Virus record (IMG/VR): IMGVR_UViG_3300033073_001332
Span: 64,001 to 128,000 of that record
DNA: 64,000 bases
DNA from: a virus
Lineage: Duplodnaviria > Caudoviricetes
Direction: 5' to 3' (one strand)
The notes beneath the pieces were generated by a model. It was not told where the DNA came from. It made no database searches and worked only from the letters and a program-made list of their open reading frames with translations. Each line of letters opens with the position of its first letter. Position 1 is the stretch's first letter. This document shows, piece after piece, positions 9,250 to 19,186 of this stretch. A program made the position numbers and the translations under genes.

Positions 9250-10728
9250 TTATTTTTTATTAACGATTTGGAACTGAAGTTCCCTTTTATAAGTATCTAC
9301 ATTTCTATCTGAAACGACCTTTAAATCAATGAAATATTCATTTGGTATTTTGTCTGTGGTATCAAATATAAAATAGTATGAATCAGGTGTTTTATTTATC
9401 CTTGTCCAATCTTGAACTTGAACTTCGGTATTACCACCTTCTTTAACGTATACTCTATAATACGCCTCAATATTATTTAATACTTTATTTGGTGAATATG
9501 CTTGTTTTATTGTGACGTCAACTTTTCTTATGTCGGTATTTAAAATCTGTTCATTTTGTTTTATACCCCCAAAAGAAAACCCGTATATCTTAGGTGTGTT
9601 TGTTGTTGAACCGATAGTATAATTTCCATTTTTAGCTAACATTACAAATTCATTTTGTACGTTTGCAATAGATGTTGAACCAATTGATAATCCTTTCCAT
9701 AAATCATAATACAAACATGGAATGGTTGTTCCCGTCAATCCACTAACAACCACTTTATATACCCCTTTTGTGACCTGACACGTTGTTAAACCTGTGAAGC
9801 CTTGTATTGGGGTTTCATTACTATCTAAAATGTCTACAGTGGGGTTAGAATTCAAATTAACCGCATTACCATTCTCATAAACATATAGGTATAAGTTATT
9901 TACGTTTCCAGCATAAAAAGAATTTCTATCATCATCGATAAAATCATTATAGTTTGTTTCTAAAAATGGTTCATAGAATGTTTGTGTATGTGGGGAAAAG
10001 AACCCAACCGAATAATTTTCAGTTAGACCTGAAATATTCTCAACTGACGGAAGATAAGAAATAATCCATCCTGCTGGTGCCGGTGTATTTCCTGTTAATA
10101 TTGAATTAATTTCGTTAGTCATATCAAACTCAATATCTTCATTACCGAATTCAAAATGTTGTGTGTCGATAACCGTAAGTGCTGAGTAATTTAATCCTGT
10201 TAAACCTGTTAAGGAATTTGTGTTGTTGTAGATACCAGGAGTTGACCAACCTGATATAGTTGTTGCTTGAAACCAATTCGATGGTCTATTAGAAAATGAC
10301 CTATCATTGAAGTTTGTTACACCAAAGTCATAATAGTCATACCCAACACCACTATCCCAACTTTGAGTGGTTCCTGTTGAACCTGAATATCTTGGTATTC
10401 TTAATAATTGTAAATCAAAAGATGTTGCTCTTCTTCTACCTTGACTTGTTTTATCATTCAATAATTCGTTATCAAAAAATGAAGTGTTTGTCATCCTTAA
10501 AGTATGTGTTGGGTTAACACTGCAACCCGTTACAATTACTTTATTATTATAGTTTGCAGTTAACCCCGATAAATCAATATTAAAAATATATCTACTAAAT
10601 CCTGTAGGGTTTGCAGAATTACTTAAGTTACCATAAAATAACTCAACAATTGGGTTTCTACCCGTATTAGTATATGAGTTAAATAATATTGTATTTGACT
10701 TACTGAAATAAGACCTATAAATTGACAT
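9250..10728 (-). CDS. Putative virion structural protein (Ser/Thr/Gly-rich, beta-rich)
   Basis: 492 aa, TATTTAT upstream, about 12 [ST]-G-x-[ST] motifs. Confidence 0.6.
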   Translation of the reverse strand: MSIYRSYFSKSNTILFNSYTNTGRNPIVELFYGNLSNSANPTGFSRYIFNIDLSGLTANYNNKVIVTGCSVNPTHTLRMTNTSFFDNELLNDKTSQGRRRATSFDLQLLRIPRYSGSTGTTQSWDSGVGYDYYDFGVTNFNDRSFSNRPSNWFQATTISGWSTPGIYNNTNSLTGLTGLNYSALTVIDTQHFEFGNEDIEFDMTNEINSILTGNTPAPAGWIISYLPSVENISGLTENYSVGFFSPHTQTFYEPFLETNYNDFIDDDRNSFYAGNVNNLYLYVYENGNAVNLNSNPTVDILDSNETPIQGFTGLTTCQVTKGVYKVVVSGLTGTTIPCLYYDLWKGLSIGSTSIANVQNEFVMLAKNGNYTIGSTTNTPKIYGFSFGGIKQNEQILNTDIRKVDVTIKQAYSPNKVLNNIEAYYRVYVKEGGNTEVQVQDWTRINKTPDSYYFIFDTTDKIPNEYFIDLKVVSDRNVDTYKRELQFQIVNKK

Positions 10729-10749
10729 GTTTGTTTTATCTATAAATAC

Positions 10750-12318
10750 TTAGTTAAGTCGAATATTACTATTCAAAACTTTTTGATAAGCATTTAACAT
10801 ATTTGATAATAAATCATCGACCGTAGTTCCGTCAACCGTAGTTGGTGTTGGAGGTAATCCTGGATATGGGTGAACGTGAGTTATACAAAATTTAACAATT
10901 AGTTGGAGTAGTTCTAATAATTCCTCACCTCTAACCATTGATGATGTATTTGGTTCTATGTCATTTGTTATTCTATCTTGGTCGATACCATAGATTGAGT
11001 CATCAAAATTAATTCTTGTTTTACCAGGAATTTCACTTTCATTTGATAACAAATACAATTTAGTCCCACCTAAAAGTGCTACGGTGTTTTCAGAAAGGTT
11101 TGATGTTGATGGTGCGTATGCAGAACTTTGTAATTCAAATGGTATGTTTGGTGAAAGTTTACTATCTAACACTAACCCATAACCCGGTATTTTCTGAGAT
11201 GAGGATATTTTGACCATTGATGAAAGTTTAATCATATTAGCCGATGAGGTTAATTGATTTGTAACTGGTTTTGTAATTAGGTCAAATATTTTTTTGGAGG
11301 GTCTATAATAGAATGGGTATTGTTGATTTTTTTGTACGGTAGGTGAAAGTAATGCTGACGACGGGTCAGTTATAATACTTCTTAATCTTTGATTAATTTG
11401 TGTTGAAAGGTCATCTAAATTTAAACCTAATGGGAAATTAATCATTCTGATAAGTTGGACACCGTCAGTTGTTCCTGTTAAATCTAAATTTGTTGTAACA
11501 TTAAAATTACCTGTTAATGTTTTTTCAGCTTGCCTTTCAGTACGTAATTGGTAAATGTATAAAACCCCTGTGAATGCTGAAAATTGGTTTTCAGGATTTA
11601 AAACATCATATTCAACAAGGTATTTTATAGGTTTTTTATTCTGTACTAACTTTGTCCTACTTTCAGCATTACCAAAAGTAATATTTGTGTCATATTTTGA
11701 AAGTTGTAAAAAGGCTCTTTTACTATCTGCCTCAGGGATTTGTCCTGTTGAGAAATTTTTGTGTTTTCCTGCTCTTATTAAAACTTCTTTTTCTTTTACA
11801 ATAACGTCTGCAGAATCCCTACCATTTAATGAAATATCTACAGGTTCAGGAAATACCCCTTTATTTTTATTATTCTTGTAAGTGCCGTCTTGATTCTTGA
11901 TAGGAGGAATCTTTTTTGTGGAGTTCCCATAACCTGAATTCAATCTTGTTTGTGACGAAGATGAATCTTCAAATTTTATAGTTGTTGGAGATGAGAAGGT
12001 ACTAATCATGTAGAATTTATTTCTACCTGTTTTTGTATTTGTATTATAATAAAACAACATCACCTTTTCTCCTTTTTTTGGTACTTGATTTACAAAGTAA
12101 GGTAGAAGAGGTAGATAAATAAATGGGTCAACATCAGACCAAGGACCATTTTTATTTGGGTCTGTTGAATTTGCATCAAATTTTGAATTTGAATTTTGTA
12201 ACGCGGTGATATTCATAGTTTCAGGTTCAACCCTAACTCTACCCAACATAAGTGGGTCATCACTATCAATACAGGTCCCAAAAAATATTTGTTGTCCGTC
12301 TATATATTTTTCAGCCAT
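10750..12318 (-). CDS. Baseplate central spike, gp5/VgrG-like
   Basis: N-terminal DDPLMLGRVRV OB-fold motif, PKKGEKV; C-terminal HVHPY (HxH spike-tip motif). Confidence 0.7.
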   Translation of the reverse strand: MAEKYIDGQQIFFGTCIDSDDPLMLGRVRVEPETMNITALQNSNSKFDANSTDPNKNGPWSDVDPFIYLPLLPYFVNQVPKKGEKVMLFYYNTNTKTGRNKFYMISTFSSPTTIKFEDSSSSQTRLNSGYGNSTKKIPPIKNQDGTYKNNKNKGVFPEPVDISLNGRDSADVIVKEKEVLIRAGKHKNFSTGQIPEADSKRAFLQLSKYDTNITFGNAESRTKLVQNKKPIKYLVEYDVLNPENQFSAFTGVLYIYQLRTERQAEKTLTGNFNVTTNLDLTGTTDGVQLIRMINFPLGLNLDDLSTQINQRLRSIITDPSSALLSPTVQKNQQYPFYYRPSKKIFDLITKPVTNQLTSSANMIKLSSMVKISSSQKIPGYGLVLDSKLSPNIPFELQSSAYAPSTSNLSENTVALLGGTKLYLLSNESEIPGKTRINFDDSIYGIDQDRITNDIEPNTSSMVRGEELLELLQLIVKFCITHVHPYPGLPPTPTTVDGTTVDDLLSNMLNAYQKVLNSNIRLN

Positions 12319-12511
12319 TTATTCTTTTTTTATATTCTTCGTATATTTTATTATATTCTTTTTCTGCCATATCCATGTGGTAGGTCAGTTTGATAATTAA
12401 TTCTTTTGTTTTCTCAAAATCGTCTTTCAAAAAATCCATTACATCTGCCAAACTTTTATTTGGTTTACTTTTGTAATTTGCTAGTATGTCTTTTATTTCT
12501 TCAGGTTCCAT
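12311..12511 (-). CDS. Hypothetical small coiled-coil protein
   Basis: 66-aa ORF coupled to neighbours. Confidence 0.6.
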   Translation of the reverse strand: MEPEEIKDILANYKSKPNKSLADVMDFLKDDFEKTKELIIKLTYHMDMAEKEYNKIYEEYKKRING

Positions 12512-12512
12512 A

Positions 12513-14510
12513 TTAAAACGATTTTCCGTATCCTTTTGTTGGTTTAGTTATGCCAGGTCCTGCTAAACCTGGTACAACAACTTTTAATGGTGGTATATAA
12601 ACTTCAGTTTTACCATTTTCAGCTTGTTCTTTATTCATTCCATCAATAATACCCTTGAATGCGTTGTTCATAAAATTTGGACTACCGTCAGGTAAGTCAC
12701 CTGTAGGTAAACCTGATTTTTGAAGGTTTTCAACAACGTTTGCAAATGCTCTGGTATCTGAAACACCGCCAAGTAATTTAGAAGAAGCTAACGCAAATAA
12801 AGGTAATCCAAGATTAAGTTGACTTAATCCTAAATTCAATAGTTTCAATATTTCATCAATAACACTTTTACAATTTCTAAAATCAATGAATGCCTCACCT
12901 AATATTAGTAACGCGTAAAGTATTGATGAATACATTTGTAATTGTTTTGTTTTTGCTTCTTTTATAATGTCTTGTAATAATTGCTCAACTAATTTTTTAA
13001 TGTCTCTTTTAATTATCTTAAAAAGTTCTTCAACATAGATTGCAAAAATTCTTTGTATCATGTTAATGTTGAACTTTCTAAATGTTTTCATAAAATCATT
13101 CAAATTGTCATATGCACTATCTAAATTCTGTGACAAATTATTATTTAATGCTTTTACCATTATTAGAAACCCTAACATTACTTTAGGTGATAGTACCGTT
13201 CTATAAATTACTTTAGCCATTTGACTAATCACATTGAAATCGACATCTGCCTTTATATTCAAATCAATTCCAATTTTTGGTACTAAATTGGCAAAGTTGG
13301 GGTCTTGGGATAAATCATCAAGTGTGTTCTCTATAGTTGTTATTTTACCAGGTACACTATTCTCACTTATTACTTGGTCTAAAGAACTAAACATCCCTTG
13401 TGGATTAATTGGTAATTTTACGTCTCCACAAGATTCAAATTCCACCAAACCTGAAACAATATTATTTATATCGTTTTCAATCCCTCTTAACTCTTGGTTG
13501 GATATTTCAAAAAACGAATCGTCTATTAAATCTAAATCGTTAAGTTTTGCAGTTCCAGCCACATCAATTTTTTTGGTGGGGTCTGAACATATACCCATTA
13601 TTCTTTTAATTATTAAATCAAATTTTTTCTCTTCTCTTAATTTGTCGGTTGATAAACCTAAACTGAAATCAAAACCTCCAAAAAGTTGGTTTAACATTTC
13701 TGTATAAATTGTATCTAAACCTAAAATTTCTATACTACCATAATAATCTTCCAAGAAATCAACAACCGTAGTCGTACTATTAGGTTGTTGTGCTAAAACA
13801 ATTTTATAATAATCACCGAAGTTTGTAGGGTTATTAGAAGGGTAATTTTGAACATATTCAATATCAAATAATTGGTTACCTGATGCTCCAAAATACTTAC
13901 TACCATATTCTGTGTCGTAAGACTGACCTAAGTTCTGTAATCTATTGTATAATTCCCTATTCATACTATAAGGAACCGCACCAACAGATGTATTTTTAGT
14001 TTCGTAGTAATATTTGGCAACGTCATCGTTTGGAGAATATACAAGTCTTTTAAATAAATCGATTTGACTTACCTTAATGTATATTTCTTGACCTACTTTA
14101 TCTTGGTACGATTGTTCTTCCGAACAACCTAATGTAGATACTATTTCATCAACTAAAATTGATTTCACTTGTCCTTTTGTTGTTTCAGCTGCCTCTAAAA
14201 AAACTCTTCTAACTGAGTTAAGAGATTTGTTTTCTGAAGGTGGAAAAGTTTGTTTAAGTAAATCGAGTAGTTGTTCTAATTGATTTTTTATTTGACTCTT
14301 TATTTCATTTTTTTGACCACTTAAAAATTGCTTGGTTTTGTTTTCAATTTCACTAATTTGTTTTACTACATCACTTTTTTTATTATCGAGAGATGTTGTT
14401 GCCTTTTCTTTTTTGTCAAGCACTTTTGTTTTTTTAGTCTCTACTGTTGTTTTGTAGGCACTAACTTTACTTTTAGCTTTTTCGTAGTCGTTTTGAAGGT
14501 CAAGTCCCAT
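12513..14510 (-). CDS. Hypothetical large helical protein (putative virion/baseplate component)
   Basis: 665-aa ORF in late operon with spike gene. Confidence 0.6.
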   Translation of the reverse strand: MGLDLQNDYEKAKSKVSAYKTTVETKKTKVLDKKEKATTSLDNKKSDVVKQISEIENKTKQFLSGQKNEIKSQIKNQLEQLLDLLKQTFPPSENKSLNSVRRVFLEAAETTKGQVKSILVDEIVSTLGCSEEQSYQDKVGQEIYIKVSQIDLFKRLVYSPNDDVAKYYYETKNTSVGAVPYSMNRELYNRLQNLGQSYDTEYGSKYFGASGNQLFDIEYVQNYPSNNPTNFGDYYKIVLAQQPNSTTTVVDFLEDYYGSIEILGLDTIYTEMLNQLFGGFDFSLGLSTDKLREEKKFDLIIKRIMGICSDPTKKIDVAGTAKLNDLDLIDDSFFEISNQELRGIENDINNIVSGLVEFESCGDVKLPINPQGMFSSLDQVISENSVPGKITTIENTLDDLSQDPNFANLVPKIGIDLNIKADVDFNVISQMAKVIYRTVLSPKVMLGFLIMVKALNNNLSQNLDSAYDNLNDFMKTFRKFNINMIQRIFAIYVEELFKIIKRDIKKLVEQLLQDIIKEAKTKQLQMYSSILYALLILGEAFIDFRNCKSVIDEILKLLNLGLSQLNLGLPLFALASSKLLGGVSDTRAFANVVENLQKSGLPTGDLPDGSPNFMNNAFKGIIDGMNKEQAENGKTEVYIPPLKVVVPGLAGPGITKPTKGYGKSF

Positions 14511-14878
14511 TATAATTTATAATTTTCACCTTTGTTATTATCTACGTCTTTTTTGATTAAAGATTGTAAAGTATCTTCATCCATATCTGACAAACTAAAA
14601 GACTCCTCTTTATTGTTGTTAGATTTTTCCCATATGGTTGATTGTAATTTAGAGAGAGTTAACTTCTTTTCAATTGTGTCGTTAATTATTTTTTGCTGCT
14701 CTTTAATCACAGGACCTATTAAGGTCATGTCTTCAGGGTCTTTTAATAAAGCCAACATTTTGTTTTGGATTCTAATTGCAGTTGCTCTTTGTTCAACTAA
14801 CTCATTGTAGATTTCCTGCATAAGACCTAATACAGAATCTTTATTAAGATTAATTTCCTTTTTTCTTGTTCTATTCAT
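14510..14878 (-). CDS. Hypothetical coiled-coil protein
   Basis: 122 aa; TATTTAT 4 nt upstream of ATG. Confidence 0.65.
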   Translation of the reverse strand: MNRTRKKEINLNKDSVLGLMQEIYNELVEQRATAIRIQNKMLALLKDPEDMTLIGPVIKEQQKIINDTIEKKLTLSKLQSTIWEKSNNNKEESFSLSDMDEDTLQSLIKKDVDNNKGENYKL

Positions 14879-14894
14879 ATCAATAAATATTTTA

Positions 14895-15647
14895 TTATTG
14901 ATTATGTATTTTTCTTAAAGTATCTAAATATAATGTTTTATATTTTTTTAGATATGACCTTATTTCTTTTGTGTTAAGGTTAGTCATTTCTCTTAAGGTT
15001 AGTAATACAATATTTTTATTGAATTTATTATTGTCGTTACCTATAAAAATATTCCCATAATCCTCAAAAAGTTCAATTAAAGCGTACCCTAACTTACTTT
15101 CATTATCTTGTAGGTCTGTATCGTTTACATATTTTTTCAAATCGTTTAAAAAAACGTCTATAATCTTTTCAGCATCTATTTTTTCAAACTCTAAATAATA
15201 GACCATATCCGGTCTATTTTCTAATGTACCGGATATGTCCTCATATGAAATTTTTCTATTAGTTTCTTTTTGGTCTTTCAGAATTTGACCCATCAAGTAA
15301 TTTTTACAGATGGTACCAAAATAAGAATATGCTTTTTTATTTTTGGCAGGTTTAAACTTATCGACTTTAGTCATTAGGAAAGAATGGGTATCACTATGAA
15401 TATCATTATAATTCATATCCTTCCTATAAAGTTTATACCTTCTTATGATTGATTCAATCATCTTATCAAGAGGTTCTCTTAAAAATTGGTTATATATAAC
15501 TTCTTTTTCTTGTTTGGTGTCGGCTATTATATAAGCCTTTACCGCCTCTTCTTCACGTACATCGAAGTAATTATTTTTTTTTACTTTCTTTTCCGTCTTA
15601 TTCTCTTCGTAAGTAACTTCTAAAACAGTTCCTGACGATACAAACAT
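14895..15647 (-). CDS. Late-transcription sigma factor, T4 gp55-like
   Basis: Sigma region-2-like KFKPAKNKKAYSYFGTICKNYL resembles gp55-family NFD..K..NPFAYFTQ; N-terminal NYF motif; 250 aa. Confidence 0.65.
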   Translation of the reverse strand: MFVSSGTVLEVTYEENKTEKKVKKNNYFDVREEEAVKAYIIADTKQEKEVIYNQFLREPLDKMIESIIRRYKLYRKDMNYNDIHSDTHSFLMTKVDKFKPAKNKKAYSYFGTICKNYLMGQILKDQKETNRKISYEDISGTLENRPDMVYYLEFEKIDAEKIIDVFLNDLKKYVNDTDLQDNESKLGYALIELFEDYGNIFIGNDNNKFNKNIVLLTLREMTNLNTKEIRSYLKKYKTLYLDTLRKIHNQ

Positions 15648-16453
15648 TATATTTCCTGTGGTTCATATTTTATATTTCTATCTGATGTGAAAAAATGTTC
15701 TTTTTTCGCGGCTTCAATCCAAAAAGTAACCTCATCATCTGAAATTTTATTCTGACCATTTTTGTAATTCCAGAATATTGAACCTTCTCTTAGGTTCATG
15801 TGTTTGTAACCTATTCTAGGAATAGTCATGATTTGTGCTGAGTTATAAGTCAATCTTAATAAAAATTCATATACAAACGTAAGTTTGAATGATGGTTTAA
15901 ATCCTCCATTATCTTGGTATGTTGATTTTTTCACAACCATTCCACTTGTTTGGAAGTTTTGATAATTCATCAAAACGTCATTAGTTAAATAACCAATTTC
16001 AGAATTTAAACTGGCTGCAAATGTTGCTTCATTTGTAAATCCAACAAACATACCTTTTTCGTCAGTATCGACAACTAATGGTAAGAATGCATCTACTTCA
16101 GGATAAGCGTTAATAAATCTTTTTACATTTTTAAACCAAATTGTAGAGTACTCATCATCAAATTCTAAAACACTAATCCATTCCTCTTTTGAGTTTTCAA
16201 CACCAAGATTGACTTGTGAACAAAAATCAACTTTACCTTTATTTTCCACAAAGTTCATAGTAAGACCACTATAATCGAATGCCTCTAACAAAGTTTTTAG
16301 ACCATCTTCATCTGAATGTACCACAATAACTTCTGAAGGTTTTGTATCCTGAATTTGTAAGGATTTAATTGCTCTTTCATAAAACAAATCGAAATCTTTT
16401 TGTTTCGATGAGTTAATCGGGATAATTACCGATACGTTTAAATTATTTTCCAT
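15647..16453 (-). CDS. Glycosyltransferase family 2
   Basis: VSVIIP, EVIVV, NLGV, LEFDD (DxD-like) GT-A motifs. Confidence 0.8.
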   Translation of the reverse strand: MENNLNVSVIIPINSSKQKDFDLFYERAIKSLQIQDTKPSEVIVVHSDEDGLKTLLEAFDYSGLTMNFVENKGKVDFCSQVNLGVENSKEEWISVLEFDDEYSTIWFKNVKRFINAYPEVDAFLPLVVDTDEKGMFVGFTNEATFAASLNSEIGYLTNDVLMNYQNFQTSGMVVKKSTYQDNGGFKPSFKLTFVYEFLLRLTYNSAQIMTIPRIGYKHMNLREGSIFWNYKNGQNKISDDEVTFWIEAAKKEHFFTSDRNIKYEPQEI

Positions 16454-16457
16454 AATA

Positions 16458-17525
16458 TTATCTTGTTTCTTCTGTTACGTTTAGTTTATTTAGTTGTTCT
16501 TTAAATACCTCTTTTCGTGTTGTAAAATATTCATTGAATAATTCTAAAACTGAAGATTCAAATTTAGATTTATCTGAGTAAGATGATGACGTTTTTTCCA
16601 TCCCTTCGTATAAACTTTCAGAAATATTATCCTCTAACCAATTTTGAATGAAATTTGCAATAACATCTACAATATCATTAAATTGATTTAACCAAATACC
16701 ATTTTCTTCTGTTATCCATTCTGGTACCATGTTAGGAATTTTACCTAAAACAGGAGTACCGACTAACATAGATTCTAATGGGTATGTACCAAATGATGAT
16801 TCATTATCAACCCACACACTCAAAAATGATTCTTTTAAGAATTTAGAAAAATCATTCATGTTAATACCTCTCATATCTCTAAAGGTAATCCATCTATATT
16901 GTGGATACTTTAGATAAAAAGTTTTAATAATTTTAGCTGTATCTCTTTGGTCGCGAGTATGAATAGAAATAATTGGTTTTGAAGGTTTATCTTTTTTAGA
17001 AAAAACTTCAGAAATGTAAGGTGTTAATACATCAACACTAACATTTTTCATTACTTCTGAAATATATTTTTTCTGATTTTCAGACGTTGTAATACATTTG
17101 AAAAATCCAAGTTGTGTCCATGTAACACCAGGTGCTAATGTTTCTAACATATGGTCATATGCTTGACACAATACTATTTTACCACATGGTAAGTTTTTAA
17201 TTTGTTCCATAACATGACCATAAAGTTCAGGTAATACGATTATATCTTCAGGTGAAATTGCTAAATTTTGACCATCGATACATTGATGAGGTAATTCCAT
17301 ATAACTTTCGTTTAACCAAGATGAAACACCTTCATACTCTTTTGTTTCGTGGATAATGATTGGGTTATAACCTGAATTTTTCAAGGTTAATGCCATATCA
17401 TAAATGTATTTTATGGATGCTTTTGGGTTACCTTTAGTATCCTGTACTAAAAAATAAATTCTTGCAGTTTTTTCTTCTAAGTTTTTAATCGAACCTTCAA
17501 TTTTTGTAATTTTATCTAATTCCAT
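16458..17525 (-). CDS. GT-B fold glycosyltransferase (GT4-like)
   Basis: DIIVLPE, ESSFGTYPLESMLVGTPV (Ex7E-like). Confidence 0.75.
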   Translation of the reverse strand: MELDKITKIEGSIKNLEEKTARIYFLVQDTKGNPKASIKYIYDMALTLKNSGYNPIIIHETKEYEGVSSWLNESYMELPHQCIDGQNLAISPEDIIVLPELYGHVMEQIKNLPCGKIVLCQAYDHMLETLAPGVTWTQLGFFKCITTSENQKKYISEVMKNVSVDVLTPYISEVFSKKDKPSKPIISIHTRDQRDTAKIIKTFYLKYPQYRWITFRDMRGINMNDFSKFLKESFLSVWVDNESSFGTYPLESMLVGTPVLGKIPNMVPEWITEENGIWLNQFNDIVDVIANFIQNWLEDNISESLYEGMEKTSSSYSDKSKFESSVLELFNEYFTTRKEVFKEQLNKLNVTEETR

Positions 17526-17528
17526 TTT

Positions 17529-17810
17529 TTATAGTTTTTTGATTATTTTATTTAATAATAGAGTATTAAAAGAAATTTTGAATGGTATTGATAAATCTTT
17601 TGCGGAGTGCATACCAAGTGATTCATCAACACCTTCTCTTTCAGTTAATACAACATCCAATAATAACTTAAATGTTTCATATCTAGTAACACTTATTTGT
17701 TCGTTTTCAGTTTCCCCCGATGGGACAACAATTTTAGATTTTAATAGACTTACTTGAGTCTCTAACTCATCTACATCTATGTAGTAATTTTCATTTAAAA
17801 AAGGAATCAT
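17529..17810 (-). CDS. Hypothetical protein
   Basis: 93-aa ORF, coupled to neighbours. Confidence 0.6.
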   Translation of the reverse strand: MIPFLNENYYIDVDELETQVSLLKSKIVVPSGETENEQISVTRYETFKLLLDVVLTEREGVDESLGMHSAKDLSIPFKISFNTLLLNKIIKKL

Positions 17811-18460
17811 AATATAATATCATTTATTAATTTATCTAACTCACCCAATTGTGTTATTTTGTAATTATGATTCATAGTATCATTATATGGTGTAACATAT
17901 TGAACTACAATTTTTTCAGATGGATGTTCGTTTATTAGGTTTGGGTTTGCTGTTAATAAAATATCAACACTATCCCACATATCGTTTATAGTTGCATTAG
18001 AGTAAAACTTTATATTTTCAATTAAACAACCAAATTTAGAAAGGAAAAATAATGTAGCTGGTTTTGACCTACCTATCTCGTCTGATATAATATAAATCTC
18101 AAACTTTTCTCTGTTAGATATGTAAAACTCATTCAACTCATTAAATGAATAAGTTTCTGTTGAACCAGCGTGTCCAAACAATTGCATTGGGAAATCTTCA
18201 AACATGAAGTCATATAGTTCGTCATCGGATTTGAATGTAAAATGGTTTTTTAAATCAAAACTATTAATTGGTTCTATAATTTCATATTTAAAATCCTCCA
18301 CTTTTTCCTCCAAACTGGTATTACCTGAAATGTCAATTTTGAAAGTTTGGTTTGAGTTTTCTGATTCGTAATTTTCAATCATATGTTTTTCATATAATTG
18401 TTTAAATTTACCAAACGTATCCCTTAAGACCCCATTAACTTCAATCCCTATTCTCTTCAT
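17807..18460 (-). CDS. 5'(3')-deoxyribonucleotidase-like HAD protein with degenerate motif I
   Basis: RIGIEVNGVLRD (canonical IGIDxDGVL), C-terminal PYN. Confidence 0.6.
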   Translation of the reverse strand: MKRIGIEVNGVLRDTFGKFKQLYEKHMIENYESENSNQTFKIDISGNTSLEEKVEDFKYEIIEPINSFDLKNHFTFKSDDELYDFMFEDFPMQLFGHAGSTETYSFNELNEFYISNREKFEIYIISDEIGRSKPATLFFLSKFGCLIENIKFYSNATINDMWDSVDILLTANPNLINEHPSEKIVVQYVTPYNDTMNHNYKITQLGELDKLINDIIL

Positions 18461-19178
18461 CGTATTTTTGTAAAATTTTACTAATTAATGGATTTCTTAC
18501 GTTTTTAGCATTTCTGAAATCATATATACCAACATCAGGAATATTATTAAACCTTTGTAAGGCATCATATAATCCTGATTGTTTTTTATCTTTATATCTG
18601 TCAGTTTGCTCTAAGTCTCCTGATATGAAGAATTTACTATTGAATCCGATTCTTGTCAATAGTAATTTCATTTGGTTTGGAGTTGCGTTTTGACCCTCCT
18701 CAAATATTAATATCGAGTTGTCAATATTCATACCCCTCATATAAGCCAATGCAAATACCTCAATAATTTCAGCTTCTTTTAATTTTTCTCTAGCCTCTTT
18801 ACCTATAATTTTATTTAATAGATAATAAGACGGGAAAATATATGGGTCTAATTTTTCTTCTAAATTCCCTGGTAAAGAACCAAGTTTTTCTTCAGCTTCA
18901 ACTGCTGGTCTAACAATAATTAATTTTTCATAAGCATTATTAGGGTCCATTAATAAATCAACCGCAGCCTTCATTGAAATATAACTTTTACCAACACCTG
19001 CGGGACCCGAACATATTGTTATCTGATTAGAAACTAAAGTATCGTAATACTCTTTTTGATTATCAGATAAAAACTTGCTTTTTTGTTTTCTTTTAATTAC
19101 CGAATTAATAAAATCTTTTCTCGATATTGTCTTCGGTATTACCGGCTCCTCCGATTGTGCTACTTTCCTTCTTGTCAT
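18441..19178 (-). CDS. phoH: PhoH-family ATPase
   Basis: GPAGVGKS, RPAVEAEEKLGSLPG, AYMRG, EGQN, LTRIG, GDLEQTD. Confidence 0.95.
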   Translation of the reverse strand: MTRRKVAQSEEPVIPKTISRKDFINSVIKRKQKSKFLSDNQKEYYDTLVSNQITICSGPAGVGKSYISMKAAVDLLMDPNNAYEKLIIVRPAVEAEEKLGSLPGNLEEKLDPYIFPSYYLLNKIIGKEAREKLKEAEIIEVFALAYMRGMNIDNSILIFEEGQNATPNQMKLLLTRIGFNSKFFISGDLEQTDRYKDKKQSGLYDALQRFNNIPDVGIYDFRNAKNVRNPLISKILQKYDEENRD

Positions 19179-19186
19179 TTAATGAA

